Part shown: positions 7,489-16,945 of the stretch, one piece after another
How the letters are laid out: each line of letters starts with the position of its first letter
Numbering within the stretch: the stretch's first letter is position 1
DNA from: a virus
Length of the DNA stretch: 64,000 bases
Strand: one strand, 5' to 3'
UHGV virus genome: UHGV-1362809
Translations under genes and position numbers: made by a program
Notes under the pieces: model-generated
The model's input: only the letters and a program-made list of their open reading frames with translations
Database searches by the model: none
What the model was told of the DNA's origin: nothing

Positions 7489-9507
7489 ATGAAGAATATT
7501 GATACACTCAAACAGTGGGCAAGCGCATATTACAATGACCAGCCTATGGTGTCAGACGATGAGTACGATGCGTTGTATGATACGCTCAAGGCTAAATACC
7601 CTAATGATGCGTTTTTCAACACTGTTGGAGCGTCTACTCAATCAGAAGCAGTAGACCTTCCGTATCAAATGGGTTCTCTAAATAAGGTTAATCCCTATAC
7701 CATCACAGACTTTATAAAGCCTAAGGGTGTTTATCTTGTTACCCCCAAATTCGATGGATTGACGTGCCAGCTTATTTATAAGAATGGTAAATTGAAAGCT
7801 GCCTATACCAGAGGAAACGGGTATCAAGGACAACCAGTTTTGACACGGGCAAAGTACATCGGAGGTATTCCTAAAACTTTACCCACCTCCCTTAAAGGGG
7901 AAATTGAAGTGGAAGGAGAACTGATTATTTACAAGTCGGTGTTTAATAAGCTATACAAAGGAGAGTTTGCCCACCCTCGTAATTTTTGCGTTGGTACTTT
8001 GAGACCAAAGGTGAGTGAAAAAGAGTATCAAGCTTTGATTGATAAGGATTCCTCTGTAAAAGACCGTCTTAAATATATGCAGTTTATTGCTTTCAAGGCG
8101 AGAGGGCTTAAATCTACAAGTAAATATGATTCCTTGTTGACCCTTAAAGGTTGGGGTTTTAGCACTTCCGTTCAACCCTCCAAAAAATGGTCGGACGCCA
8201 ATTTCAAAACATACAAATCAGAGGGTAGGGACGCATTGTGCAAGTGCAAACGATTTGAACTGCCCTTTATGCCTTTGCCTCGTACTTCCGACTTGACAAC
8301 CGACTGGTTTAAAGCAGCTATTGACGGTGTTAAATCCTCCAAGTTTGACGTTGCCTGCGATGGGGTTGTTATAGAGTATGACGATCTCAATAAACAAAAG
8401 AAAATGGGTCTTGAGACAAATTCTCTTAACCCAAAGTTTGCTCGTGCAGTTAAACATATCCAAAAGGAGCAGACAGGTAAGTACACCACGGTGCAAGATA
8501 TTGAATGGAATATGTCTAAACGTGGTAATTTTGTTCCGACTTTGGTTCTCGACCCTATTGAGTTAGAAGGCTCCACCATTTCACGGGTTAGTGGAAACAA
8601 TATTGATATGCTTAAAAAACAGGGCATCGGTGTGGGCGCTAAAATTAAGATAGTCAGATCTGGCGACGTTATTCCTTATATCGTTGACGTGTCGAAAACT
8701 TCTGCTGTTGAGTACCCCAAGAAATGTCCTTACTGCGGTACTAAACTTACTATAGAGGGAGTGCATTTGCATTGTCCTAATGCCAAGTGCAACGGTCGTA
8801 AAGCACAGGAGGTTCAAGGCTTCTTTCAAATTGCTAAGTGCGATGGCGTATCGGGTGCAACAATCAATGACTTTATGTTAGCAGGGTACTCACTCAAAAA
8901 GATTTTGACACTTAAAACTTCTGATATTACTTGTTTGGAAGGATACAAGGCTAAAAGTGCAGCCAACATTGTAAAAGCTATTAAGACTATGCGTGGTTCA
9001 CTTTACCTGTGCAATTTGATGCACGCCTTGGGTTATTTTAACACAGCCCAGACGGGTTTAGGAGCTACTAAGCTTCAGTCTATCATTGACTTTTTGGGAG
9101 CGCAAAATATATATGAAGACAACGTCAAGCAATCGAAACTAAATAAGCTTGGTACGATTGCAGGTATCGCACAAAAGAGTGCCGATATATTTATCTCCAA
9201 CTATTCCAAGTTTCAATCTAAGTTTCAGTCGATTAAGAGTTTGTTCGACCTGTTAGACTTTAAAGAAGTGGAGTTGGCTTCTACGAAATTGGACGGTATG
9301 TCGTTTTGTTTTACTGGTGCAAGAGACCACAACTTGGAAAAGGTTATTGTTGACAATGGAGGTACGGTTAAAGGAAGTGTGACTAAGGATTTGACTGTGT
9401 TGTTTTCAGCGGGGGATTCGAGTAAAACTGCAACTGCCAAACAACGTGGCGTCAAGATTGTTCCTTTTGGTCAGGCTGTTTCCTACATAAACAAGTTAAT
9501 AGGGTAG
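7489..9507 (+). CDS. ligA: NAD-dependent DNA ligase (LigA family)
   Basis: 672 aa; adenylation motif KxDG (TPKFDGLTC); Cys4 zinc finger (CPYCGTKLT...HLHCPNAKC); C-terminal BRCT-like region; RBS caggaggaatcc-ATG. Confidence 0.9.
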   Translation: MKNIDTLKQWASAYYNDQPMVSDDEYDALYDTLKAKYPNDAFFNTVGASTQSEAVDLPYQMGSLNKVNPYTITDFIKPKGVYLVTPKFDGLTCQLIYKNGKLKAAYTRGNGYQGQPVLTRAKYIGGIPKTLPTSLKGEIEVEGELIIYKSVFNKLYKGEFAHPRNFCVGTLRPKVSEKEYQALIDKDSSVKDRLKYMQFIAFKARGLKSTSKYDSLLTLKGWGFSTSVQPSKKWSDANFKTYKSEGRDALCKCKRFELPFMPLPRTSDLTTDWFKAAIDGVKSSKFDVACDGVVIEYDDLNKQKKMGLETNSLNPKFARAVKHIQKEQTGKYTTVQDIEWNMSKRGNFVPTLVLDPIELEGSTISRVSGNNIDMLKKQGIGVGAKIKIVRSGDVIPYIVDVSKTSAVEYPKKCPYCGTKLTIEGVHLHCPNAKCNGRKAQEVQGFFQIAKCDGVSGATINDFMLAGYSLKKILTLKTSDITCLEGYKAKSAANIVKAIKTMRGSLYLCNLMHALGYFNTAQTGLGATKLQSIIDFLGAQNIYEDNVKQSKLNKLGTIAGIAQKSADIFISNYSKFQSKFQSIKSLFDLLDFKEVELASTKLDGMSFCFTGARDHNLEKVIVDNGGTVKGSVTKDLTVLFSAGDSSKTATAKQRGVKIVPFGQAVSYINKLIG

Positions 9508-9535
9508 AAACATGCCTATCTATGTGAATCAAAAG

Positions 9536-9580
9536 TTGACAAACTGATAAGAGTATGTTATATTACATACATAATCAAAC
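9536..9580 (+). promoter_or_regulatory. early-type promoter, copy 5
   Basis: ttgaca 9536-9541, 17-nt spacer, tatatt, then acatacataatcaaacg. Confidence 0.7.
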
Positions 9581-9619
9581 GAACCCAAAGGGGTTTAACC
9601 AACCAAAAGGAGAAGAATC

Positions 9620-9928
9620 ATGACTACCGTTAGAACTAACAACTTTGACAAATTGTTTACCCCTTCATATATTGAAGAATTACGCAAAAAACGCGGATTG
9701 CTGGGTCACCGTGTTGATAACACTTTTGAACGTTTCGACACAGTTTGGATTGAACTTGGCAAAGACAACGAAGTTCTTTCGACCATGCGTATAGTAGAAA
9801 CTCGTACTTCAGAAGGCTTCACTTGTTTCGTACTGGCTAAAGATGCCAGCACCGGCGCAACAACCCAGTCAGTCACCACAGGTGATACTCTGAAAACCGC
9901 CTTTACTGACGTTCTTAAAAAAGGTTAA
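9620..9928 (+). CDS. hypothetical protein (102 aa)
   Basis: RBS ccaaaaggagaagaatc-ATG. Confidence 0.55.
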   Translation: MTTVRTNNFDKLFTPSYIEELRKKRGLLGHRVDNTFERFDTVWIELGKDNEVLSTMRIVETRTSEGFTCFVLAKDASTGATTQSVTTGDTLKTAFTDVLKKG

Positions 9929-9952
9929 TATACAGCACAGAGGAGGGGAACA

Positions 9953-10186
9953 ATGAAACCGTGGTTGCTTATACCTTTTATGTTGACTGGCTGCACAGAG
10001 TTAGCAGCTACGGTTTATTGCGCACCTATGGTAGTTCTCAACCCTATACAGGGACCAACTTTTTGTAAATCTTTGTATGGCTCTATACCACAAGAACTCG
10101 AAACAAGCTGTGTAATGGGTGACTGGGAAGCGTGCGACAAACTTGAAGAGTTGAAAAATAAGGAGGAGGGTAAAAATGAAAGTTAA
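9953..10186 (+). CDS. putative lipoprotein (77 aa)
   Basis: N-terminal signal peptide with lipobox LTGC; RBS gaggagggg. Confidence 0.5.
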   Translation: MKPWLLIPFMLTGCTELAATVYCAPMVVLNPIQGPTFCKSLYGSIPQELETSCVMGDWEACDKLEELKNKEEGKNES

Positions 10187-10592
10187 TCCCGTAGGATGTG
10201 TTTGTATGTGGATACATAGCCACATGTTCGGAACTGATTGGTTTGAAGTGAAAGTTGCCTACACCATGGAAAGCCTTAACCAACTGTTTGAAAAACTCAA
10301 GACCGAAAAAGTAGAATTTGCATACGGTCGTAAAACTCTGAAGTGTTTTAAATTTGGTGAAGACTTTAAAAAACCAGAATATGGAGCAGTATTTTGCAGT
10401 AAGAATCAGCACTGTACAGACATATCGCAGTTAGAATTTACTTATGATTCTACCCCTGCCCATAAATTGACTAAACGTTATGTAAAGGATCATAGCCATG
10501 GTTTTTATCCCGACCACTTGACTACCTTTAGAAAGGATAGATACTGGTATTTCCCTTGCGTTTCTATAATATCAACTTTTGAGGAGCAATAA
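10176..10592 (+). CDS. hypothetical protein (138 aa)
   Basis: RBS aaggaggagggtaaaa-ATG. Confidence 0.5.
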   Translation: MKVNPVGCVCMWIHSHMFGTDWFEVKVAYTMESLNQLFEKLKTEKVEFAYGRKTLKCFKFGEDFKKPEYGAVFCSKNQHCTDISQLEFTYDSTPAHKLTKRYVKDHSHGFYPDHLTTFRKDRYWYFPCVSIISTFEEQ

Positions 10593-10914
10593 AATGAATC
10601 CTATCGCTTGCATCGTTATTCGTAAAGACAATGACTACATCGTTTCAGTTGCTGGTACTCCAAAACAGTTAAAGGATCAGTACAAACAGGCTAAGGATAA
10701 AGTAGCATCTTTCCCTGCATCGGATTGGTCGTTGACCGTTTTTGAATTGGGCACGCCCGATTTTGTTCCCTTGCACGGAGCTGTTGTACTCACGGACGAT
10801 GGTTGGAAGTATTACACTCGTCACAACATTGACAAAAAAGGTGCCTCCTTGTATGATGGTGCCAAAATGTTTCGACCCTGTGTCGATACCATAGACCTTG
10901 ATGTGCTGGATTGA
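10579..10914 (+). CDS. hypothetical protein, tandem paralogue A (111 aa)
   Basis: MNPIACIVIRKDNDYIV...DDGWKYYTRHN is homologous to the next gene. Confidence 0.55.
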   Translation: MRSNKMNPIACIVIRKDNDYIVSVAGTPKQLKDQYKQAKDKVASFPASDWSLTVFELGTPDFVPLHGAVVLTDDGWKYYTRHNIDKKGASLYDGAKMFRPCVDTIDLDVLD

Positions 10915-10930
10915 TAATAGGAGGTAGGCA

Positions 10931-11257
10931 ATGAATCCTAAGTTTTGCGTCGTAATTCGTAAGGACAACGATTATATCGTTCGGGTATCGGACACAATGG
11001 AGGACTTGAAACAACAATACAAAGAGTCCAAAAAAGAAACTGAATCATTTTCGACCTATGACTGGTCTTTGACTACCTATGCTCTTGGTAGTCCTGCTTA
11101 TCATAACGTCGATGAAAATGGTGTGATTGTGCAGTATCCTGACGGATGGAAATACTATACTCGTAACGCTTTTAGGCGAAAAGGTACCGCTGTATATGAA
11201 AATGCTTCTTCAGTTCGACCTTGTCTACACATGATATTCCTACGTGACTTAGTATGA
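10931..11257 (+). CDS. hypothetical protein, tandem paralogue B (108 aa)
   Basis: MNPKFCVVIRKDNDYIV...PDGWKYYTRNA; RBS taggaggtaggca-ATG. Confidence 0.55.
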   Translation: MNPKFCVVIRKDNDYIVRVSDTMEDLKQQYKESKKETESFSTYDWSLTTYALGSPAYHNVDENGVIVQYPDGWKYYTRNAFRRKGTAVYENASSVRPCLHMIFLRDLV

Positions 11258-11261
11258 CTAA

Positions 11262-11285
11262 TGGGAGGTAATACCTCCCATTTTT
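11262..11285 (+). terminator. terminator-like hairpin with T-tract
   Basis: tgggaggtaatacctccca followed by ttttt, immediately before the RBS of the next gene. Confidence 0.5.
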
Positions 11286-11296
11286 AAGGAGTGACT

Positions 11297-12376
11297 ATGA
11301 ATTTAGATAATTTATCAAACATATCAGACACCACAGATGTCTCCCATTGTTTTGACGTACCGAATTTACATCATCTATCCTTTGGTCGTCTTAAAGTACT
11401 ATGGGAAGCAGGATTTCCTATAACGGGTATTTCTGTACAAAAAGGTTTAGACCACACAGATTACACTATGTACTCTCTGTTGCTCAACTGTGAGTGTATG
11501 AGTATATCTGAAGCTAATTATATCCTGTGGTGCCAAATTCTTGAACAGTTGCAAGACCCTCCTGCACAGTTATTGAGTGCCTTTTCGGTGCAGGCTGCTT
11601 CTGTAAATGAATTTTTGATGGATACCCTGTATCAGCGTAGTATTTGTTGTTTGTCAGCCTACCGTAAATACGAAGGTGTTCTGGAGAAAGAAATGCAACG
11701 CATCAACACCGAGAATAGTAATACGCTTCAACAGGCACTTAAACAGACAGGAAGACTTGTTATAAAATTACAAGGTATGTTTAGAGAGCAGAATGAGTTT
11801 GGAGATACTGTCGATAATCCTGACGAAGTTTCCTACTTGGTGATTTCTAATAAGAATGAGGACACTATGTCCTTTGTTGATTCAATGTTTGTTTTTGGTA
11901 AACAATATAATCAAAACAGTATTTTGATAAGAGAAAAGGATGATAAAAACGCATACTATCTTGGCTGTTGCGGGGTACTAAATCCTACAACATTTGCTCC
12001 TGGATTGGGCAATAAAGCTAAAATAGGAGTATTATTACCTTACAAAATGCTAGATTATTGTTCGGTCCCTTACAAATACAAAAGAGACAAAGACGGTTAT
12101 GTATACAAGTTAGACTACAATGATGCTTTCGCCTTTGATACCGAGTCAGTAAAACTGCCCAAGTTTAATAGTAGCTATTGGAAAAGATTGGATTCTAATG
12201 TTTGCTCCTACGAACATCCTACCTTTGGTAGTCCTAAATTCTATCGGTGGAAGGTTATTAAGAACGGTGTAATGTATGGAGGAGTTGAAAATAATTACAA
12301 CCAGGCTAAAAGAATGGTCGTAAAAGTTAAAAGCGGTAAATTTGTGCCAAATCAATACAAAATCGGTGTGGTGTAA
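11297..12376 (+). CDS. hypothetical protein (359 aa)
   Basis: ATG 11297 after taaggagtgact; no recognisable motif. Confidence 0.55.
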   Translation: MNLDNLSNISDTTDVSHCFDVPNLHHLSFGRLKVLWEAGFPITGISVQKGLDHTDYTMYSLLLNCECMSISEANYILWCQILEQLQDPPAQLLSAFSVQAASVNEFLMDTLYQRSICCLSAYRKYEGVLEKEMQRINTENSNTLQQALKQTGRLVIKLQGMFREQNEFGDTVDNPDEVSYLVISNKNEDTMSFVDSMFVFGKQYNQNSILIREKDDKNAYYLGCCGVLNPTTFAPGLGNKAKIGVLLPYKMLDYCSVPYKYKRDKDGYVYKLDYNDAFAFDTESVKLPKFNSSYWKRLDSNVCSYEHPTFGSPKFYRWKVIKNGVMYGGVENNYNQAKRMVVKVKSGKFVPNQYKIGVV

Positions 12377-12404
12377 ATATACAGTGTAGTAAAGGAGTAA
12401 TAAT

Positions 12405-13250
12405 ATGAATATTACATTAGCTCAGTCCCCATTTTTCTCGGTTCAAGGAGAAGGGATTTATGTAGGGGTTCCCAGCGTGTTTGTGCGTTTGACACATTGC
12501 ACGTTGGACTGTAAAGGTTTTGGACAATGTCATCCTAAGGACCCGTCCACTTATAAATCTAACCCTGTACAACACATCGACAGTTTAGACCAGTATGAAA
12601 CCCCAAAATATGGGTGTGATACCTCTTATGCAAAAGATCCAGAGTTTGAACACTTGTGGATTCATACTGACACTGAGTCCTTGGCTAAAATGTGCGCAGA
12701 CTTAGTTGAAGGTTCTTTTACTAAAAATGGTAGCGACATACATCTGGTCATTACAGGCGGGGAACCTATGTTATACCAAGAGGCTATTGCGCACTTATTG
12801 ACTATTTTGTATAACAAGTACGACCTTAGGAATTGTACGATTGAAACCAATGGCACAGTGCCTCTCAAACCATATTTGGTGTTCACCCCCGTCAGGATAT
12901 TTATGTCTGTAAGTCCTAAGCTGCATTGTTGCTCCGGTGTACCTAATGACAAAGCTATTAAACCTGCCGTAGTACAAAAATACATACGATACTTTGATGG
13001 ACAGCTTAAATTTGTGTGTGGTAAGGATCCCGAAGTGTGGAAAGAAATGTTGACTGTGCTGGGTGAGTACGGTGTGCAAGATGGTTATAATAGTTCGCAT
13101 AATTGGACAACAGTGGTGATGCCTGTTGGTAGCGATATGCAACAAATGGAGGAAAATGCAACCTATGTCGCTGAAAAGTGTATGCACTATGGACTGCGTT
13201 TTACCCCTCGTTTGCATATTTACTTGTGGAAAAATTCTTATAACACTTGA
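12405..13250 (+). CDS. queE: 7-carboxy-7-deazaguanine synthase-like radical-SAM protein (QueE family)
   Basis: N-terminus FFSVQGEGIYVGVPSVFVRLTHC matches the QueE signature. Internal ITGGEP...IETNGT...SVSPKL...TPRLHIY also match QueE blocks. The cysteine cluster spacing is unusual (C-x3-C-x5-C). Confidence 0.75.
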   Translation: MNITLAQSPFFSVQGEGIYVGVPSVFVRLTHCTLDCKGFGQCHPKDPSTYKSNPVQHIDSLDQYETPKYGCDTSYAKDPEFEHLWIHTDTESLAKMCADLVEGSFTKNGSDIHLVITGGEPMLYQEAIAHLLTILYNKYDLRNCTIETNGTVPLKPYLVFTPVRIFMSVSPKLHCCSGVPNDKAIKPAVVQKYIRYFDGQLKFVCGKDPEVWKEMLTVLGEYGVQDGYNSSHNWTTVVMPVGSDMQQMEENATYVAEKCMHYGLRFTPRLHIYLWKNSYNT

Positions 13251-13315
13251 TTAAATGTTGTAAATAACGATGTACAATATTGTACGAGTTTTTGCAAAAA
13301 CTTTGGAGTATAAAA

Positions 13316-14119
13316 ATGGCAAAATATATCATAAACAATGGGTGTGCGTACCCTTCTCGTCTGATTTCAAAAATCGAACCTTCTGTCATGGAAACGACGG
13401 TTAGATGTTCCTCGATTGATTTGCTTAATGTTAATCGTGCTTCCTATATTGACGTTGTTTTTAATGTGTATGTTGATGGGGTTAAAGGAGCTACGCAGTT
13501 TAGACACCCTGCTAATGGTTCTGTTGAATCCGTTTACTTGCCTGAGGATGAAGACTTCGTGGAATGGTTGTCGGAACAGCAGTTGAAAAGCGGTAAAGAC
13601 CCTATCAAAGTGTTCAAAAATGCGGTACTCAAAGTCAACCGTATCAAAATGGCTATTGCAGAATGTGAAAAGGCAAAACAGTCTAATGAAAAAATCGTTG
13701 AAACGGTTGCACCAGTTGTTCAGCAAGCAGAAGCTCCCGTAGCCGTTGACTTGAAGCCTCGTGTTGATGGCGAGATAGTTGACCTTGACGTAGCTTTGAA
13801 AGACTTGTCGGAAGAACCCGAACTGCTTTTTGAGCCGCAAATCGTTGCTCCTAAGTCTGAAACGTTTGTCAATGAGGAACTGGAAGAATTTAATCAGCCT
13901 ACTGTTTCTGACGAAGACATGCATTTGTTGCACAAGAAAACAGCTTTCATTGAAAAAATGACGGCTAACTATATCGCAGCGGTTAATGCACTTGAACCCG
14001 AAACCAAATTGATTACAGCAGTTGGTCGTAAACAGCCTGATGAGTTGACCGAATACGAAGAAACCATCGTTTCCTTAACGATGAAAGAATTTGCTGAAGA
14101 TTTATTGGGAGAGGTATAA
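13316..14119 (+). CDS. hypothetical protein (267 aa)
   Basis: ATG 13316 with ggagtataaaa upstream; the ORF track's 13280 start lacks an RBS. Confidence 0.55.
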   Translation: MAKYIINNGCAYPSRLISKIEPSVMETTVRCSSIDLLNVNRASYIDVVFNVYVDGVKGATQFRHPANGSVESVYLPEDEDFVEWLSEQQLKSGKDPIKVFKNAVLKVNRIKMAIAECEKAKQSNEKIVETVAPVVQQAEAPVAVDLKPRVDGEIVDLDVALKDLSEEPELLFEPQIVAPKSETFVNEELEEFNQPTVSDEDMHLLHKKTAFIEKMTANYIAAVNALEPETKLITAVGRKQPDELTEYEETIVSLTMKEFAEDLLGEV

Positions 14120-14362
14120 ATGACTCCTTATAAAGGTTGGTTAATAGCCCGAATGAGTGAGCAAGCTACAGGAGGCTTCATTGTACGTGGAGCCTCCCGA
14201 GGTTTGTTTGAGGGTAAAGTAGTGTCCATAGATGCAGACACTAAGGATATTAAAGTGGGTGATACAGTAGTGGCTCCGACGAATGAATGCTTTGAATATA
14301 GCCATCATTCGGAAGGTTTGTTGTACTTTGTACCTCTTAAGCATATCGTAGGTGTTGAATAA
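14120..14362 (+). CDS. groES: co-chaperonin GroES-like (80 aa)
   Basis: Size and pattern of GroES (mobile-loop-like TGGFIVRGASRG, KVGDTVV, C-terminal HIVGVE). Sits immediately upstream of the GroEL-like gene with a TAATG overlap. Confidence 0.7.
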   Translation: MTPYKGWLIARMSEQATGGFIVRGASRGLFEGKVVSIDADTKDIKVGDTVVAPTNECFEYSHHSEGLLYFVPLKHIVGVE

Positions 14363-15987
14363 TGTCACAGGTTATTTTAAGTGGAGACCAGAACAGAACT
14401 GAACTGTTGGAAGGTCTTAAAATTATGGCTGAAACAGTAGGTAGTACTTTGGGTCCTAAGGGTCTCAATGTTATTTTGCAAACTGAATTTGGTGCGCCCC
14501 ATATTACTAAGGACGGTGTTTCAGTCGCTCGTGAAATTAAACTCGATGGTGTGCAGGGATTAGGTGCATCATTGGTTAAGGAAGCTGCTAATAAGGCTGC
14601 TGTTGTCGGTGACGGTACGACTACAAGTTCTGTTTTGGCGTATGAAATTGCACGTCAAGGTATGACAAGCGCAGCCTATACCAACAAGTTTGGTATCAAA
14701 CGTGGTATTGAAGCAGCGTTAAAGGACATTGTGTCTAAACTTGAAGATAACACCATTCAAGTTAAAGATTCCAGCGACGTGTATAATATTGCGTTGGTAT
14801 CGGCTAATCATGATGAATCCATTGCTGAGCTATTTAAAAAGGCGTTTGAGTTGTCAGGCAAGGATGGTGTTATTGTTGTTCAAAAAACAAACAACTCTGA
14901 AACGACTTGCGAACGTGTGGAAGGTATGCAGTTTGACCGTGGATTTTTGAGGTCGATATTTATCAACGACTTTGAAAAACAGGAATGTCGCTTTGAACAC
15001 CCAAATATTGTGTTCGTGGATGGTAAACTCGACAGTCTGATTGAGCTTAGTACATTTTTTAATTCTAATGGAAAGGCTTTGGTTGAAAAACCATTGGTTA
15101 TTGTGGCGGAAGACTTCGATGCCCCTATCGTCGGCACCTTTGTTGAAAACCGTGTGCAGAGTGGTACGAGAGTATTGCTGGTTAAGGCTCCTGGATTTGG
15201 TGACCGTCGTAAAGACCACTTGGCTGACTTGTGTGCCTTTACTGGTGCAACCCTTATTTCTGAAGAGCAAGGTTTGTCGTTGGGTAAATGCACGATGGAA
15301 CACATGGGTCACTGCGATGTGTGGGTTTCGGACTTTGATAAGTCAACTATTCTTGGTGGTAAGTTTGATGAGACCCAGTTAGAAGATGCTAAAAAAGCTA
15401 TTCGTGGTCTTATTGAACGTGCTATTACCGACGTTGACCGCAATCGTTACAAAGAACGTTTGGCTCGTTTATCTGATGGTGTTGTTTCCATTTCGATTGG
15501 CGGTAATACCGATGTTGAAATCAAAGAGTTGTGCGACCGTATTGATGATGCCTTGTGTGCTGTAAAAGCTGCCGTCAAGGGTGGTTATACTGTAGGCGGC
15601 GGTATTGCACTTCTTAAAGCCTCGACTGAATGTGCTAATCCGTTTGACGTTGGCTCATCAGAACATATCGGCTACAACATTCTGCTCAACTGTTGTAAGG
15701 CCCCGTTGAAAAAGATTTGTGCTAATGTTGGTAATGACGATTTTACTCCCGACTATGTTGTTAGTACAGTGCTGCATAGCATAAAGAATGGACAGTCTAA
15801 TTTTGGGTTTGACGCAAAAGAGGAACACTTTGTTCAAAATATGCTAGACCATGGTATTATTGATCCAACGGACGTTGTTATCAGTAGTATCACCTGTGCA
15901 GTTTCCGCTTCTACTTTGTTGTTGAGTTCAGGATGCTCTGTACTACGACCCGAAGAAAAGAAGTGCGACTGTAAGTGTGGCAAGTAA
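14362..15987 (+). CDS. groEL: chaperonin GroEL-like (541 aa)
   Basis: Conserved Hsp60 blocks: GPKG(L)NV, AVVGDGTTTSSVLA (ATP-binding GDGTTT motif), equatorial and apical domain patterns. Confidence 0.9.
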   Translation: MSQVILSGDQNRTELLEGLKIMAETVGSTLGPKGLNVILQTEFGAPHITKDGVSVAREIKLDGVQGLGASLVKEAANKAAVVGDGTTTSSVLAYEIARQGMTSAAYTNKFGIKRGIEAALKDIVSKLEDNTIQVKDSSDVYNIALVSANHDESIAELFKKAFELSGKDGVIVVQKTNNSETTCERVEGMQFDRGFLRSIFINDFEKQECRFEHPNIVFVDGKLDSLIELSTFFNSNGKALVEKPLVIVAEDFDAPIVGTFVENRVQSGTRVLLVKAPGFGDRRKDHLADLCAFTGATLISEEQGLSLGKCTMEHMGHCDVWVSDFDKSTILGGKFDETQLEDAKKAIRGLIERAITDVDRNRYKERLARLSDGVVSISIGGNTDVEIKELCDRIDDALCAVKAAVKGGYTVGGGIALLKASTECANPFDVGSSEHIGYNILLNCCKAPLKKICANVGNDDFTPDYVVSTVLHSIKNGQSNFGFDAKEEHFVQNMLDHGIIDPTDVVISSITCAVSASTLLLSSGCSVLRPEEKKCDCKCGK

Positions 15988-16101
15988 TTTGCATAAAATA
16001 CTCTCAATGTAAATATTGTAAATAATCGTGGGTGTATGGTATATGCCTACAACATTTACTCCTTTTATGTTGTGTGTGAGTCAAGGGGTTGAAAATACCC
16101 C

Positions 16102-16146
16102 TTGACTTATTAAATAAGAGGTGGTATAGTATATACATAATCGAGG
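16102..16146 (+). promoter_or_regulatory. early-type promoter, copy 6, heading the RNA-rich region
   Basis: ttgact 16102-16107, 17-nt spacer, tatagt, then atatacataatcgagg. Confidence 0.6.
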
Positions 16147-16812
16147 TTGAAACGAGGTGCGAAGACCGAGTTAAAACCAGTTGACAATGGTCAAGGATTA
16201 TGGTATTGTAAATACACAATGCAACGAGTTGTTAGACACTGTTAATATGAACCCACAAGATGTAGTCAACCTTTTCGTGGTTTGTGGGATAAGTAAGTAC
16301 TGGGTTTCTTGTGTGTGATTTACCTCGCACGTCTCATACCGTACCGTGGCTGAAACTAATAGACTATTTACCTATGTAGGTGGGTAATGAGATACTATAA
16401 AGCCCTCGTTATGTTGTGCAAAGGGAGGGTGGATATACGTACTATTGGTGGAGTCAATGACGACACGATAACAATTAAGGCCTTATCATGAAGAGTGGCG
16501 CACTTTGTAATTGATGCTTGAGACTGTGAAACCTGTTTTACAATGTGTATCGCTTACAACATACGCATCGAGTTCGTGCGAGAGGTGAACATCCTCGGTT
16601 CACCAGAACTCACCCCTTTACGATTTAAAAATCGGTTGGCGGTTTAATCCCTCGACTCCTTTTATCAAGCGGAGGATTGTTGAAGTATGTAAAATACGGT
16701 CTAAGTACTAAACCATATTTTTTCTGTACTATATTATACGTGGATAAATGGAGCGTACCGAGTTAGTGCGTTAGGTAGAAATACCATAACTCTTCCTTTT
16801 GGTGGTCTAAAC

Positions 16813-16889
16813 CCCCTTGTAGCTTAGGCGGTTAAAGCAGTGGTCTTATAAACCAAAGAGCAGAGGTTCAAGTCCTCTCAAGGGGACCA
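16813..16889 (+). tRNA. tRNA with UAU anticodon (Ile-like), CCA encoded
   Basis: Manual cloverleaf: acceptor ccccttg/caagggg, D-arm gctt-aggcggtta-aagc, anticodon loop cttataa, T-arm agagg-ttcaagt-cctct, discriminator A plus cca. Confidence 0.6.
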
Positions 16890-16900
16890 ACAAACTTTAT

Positions 16901-16945
16901 GGAAACGTTGGTGTACAAAGTATAGGTTCGATTCCTATGGTTTCC
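16901..16945 (+). ncRNA. tRNA-like minihelix (acceptor-like stem plus T-arm, no D or anticodon arms), followed by T9 run
   Basis: ggaaac...tatagg-ttcgatt-cctat...gtttcc, then gttattgttttttttt; may act as a terminator or processing signal. Confidence 0.4.

Noticed and set aside
8172-8829. Minus-strand ORFs inside the ligase gene
   Set aside because: They lie fully inside a strongly supported conserved gene. These are shadow ORFs.
11297-12376. Considered whether the 359-aa protein upstream of QueE is a DpdA/TGT-like transglycosylase
   Set aside because: No TGT zinc-site (CxCxxC...H) or TIM-barrel catalytic Asp pattern is recognisable. It is left as hypothetical.
14729-15382. Several ORFs on both strands nested inside the GroEL gene
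   Set aside because: They lie fully inside a strongly supported conserved gene. No RBS. These are typical shadow ORFs.
16076-16106. Hairpin tcaagggg...cccttga as a terminator
   Set aside because: No downstream U-tract, and it overlaps the -35 of promoter copy 6. It may be incidental or regulatory.
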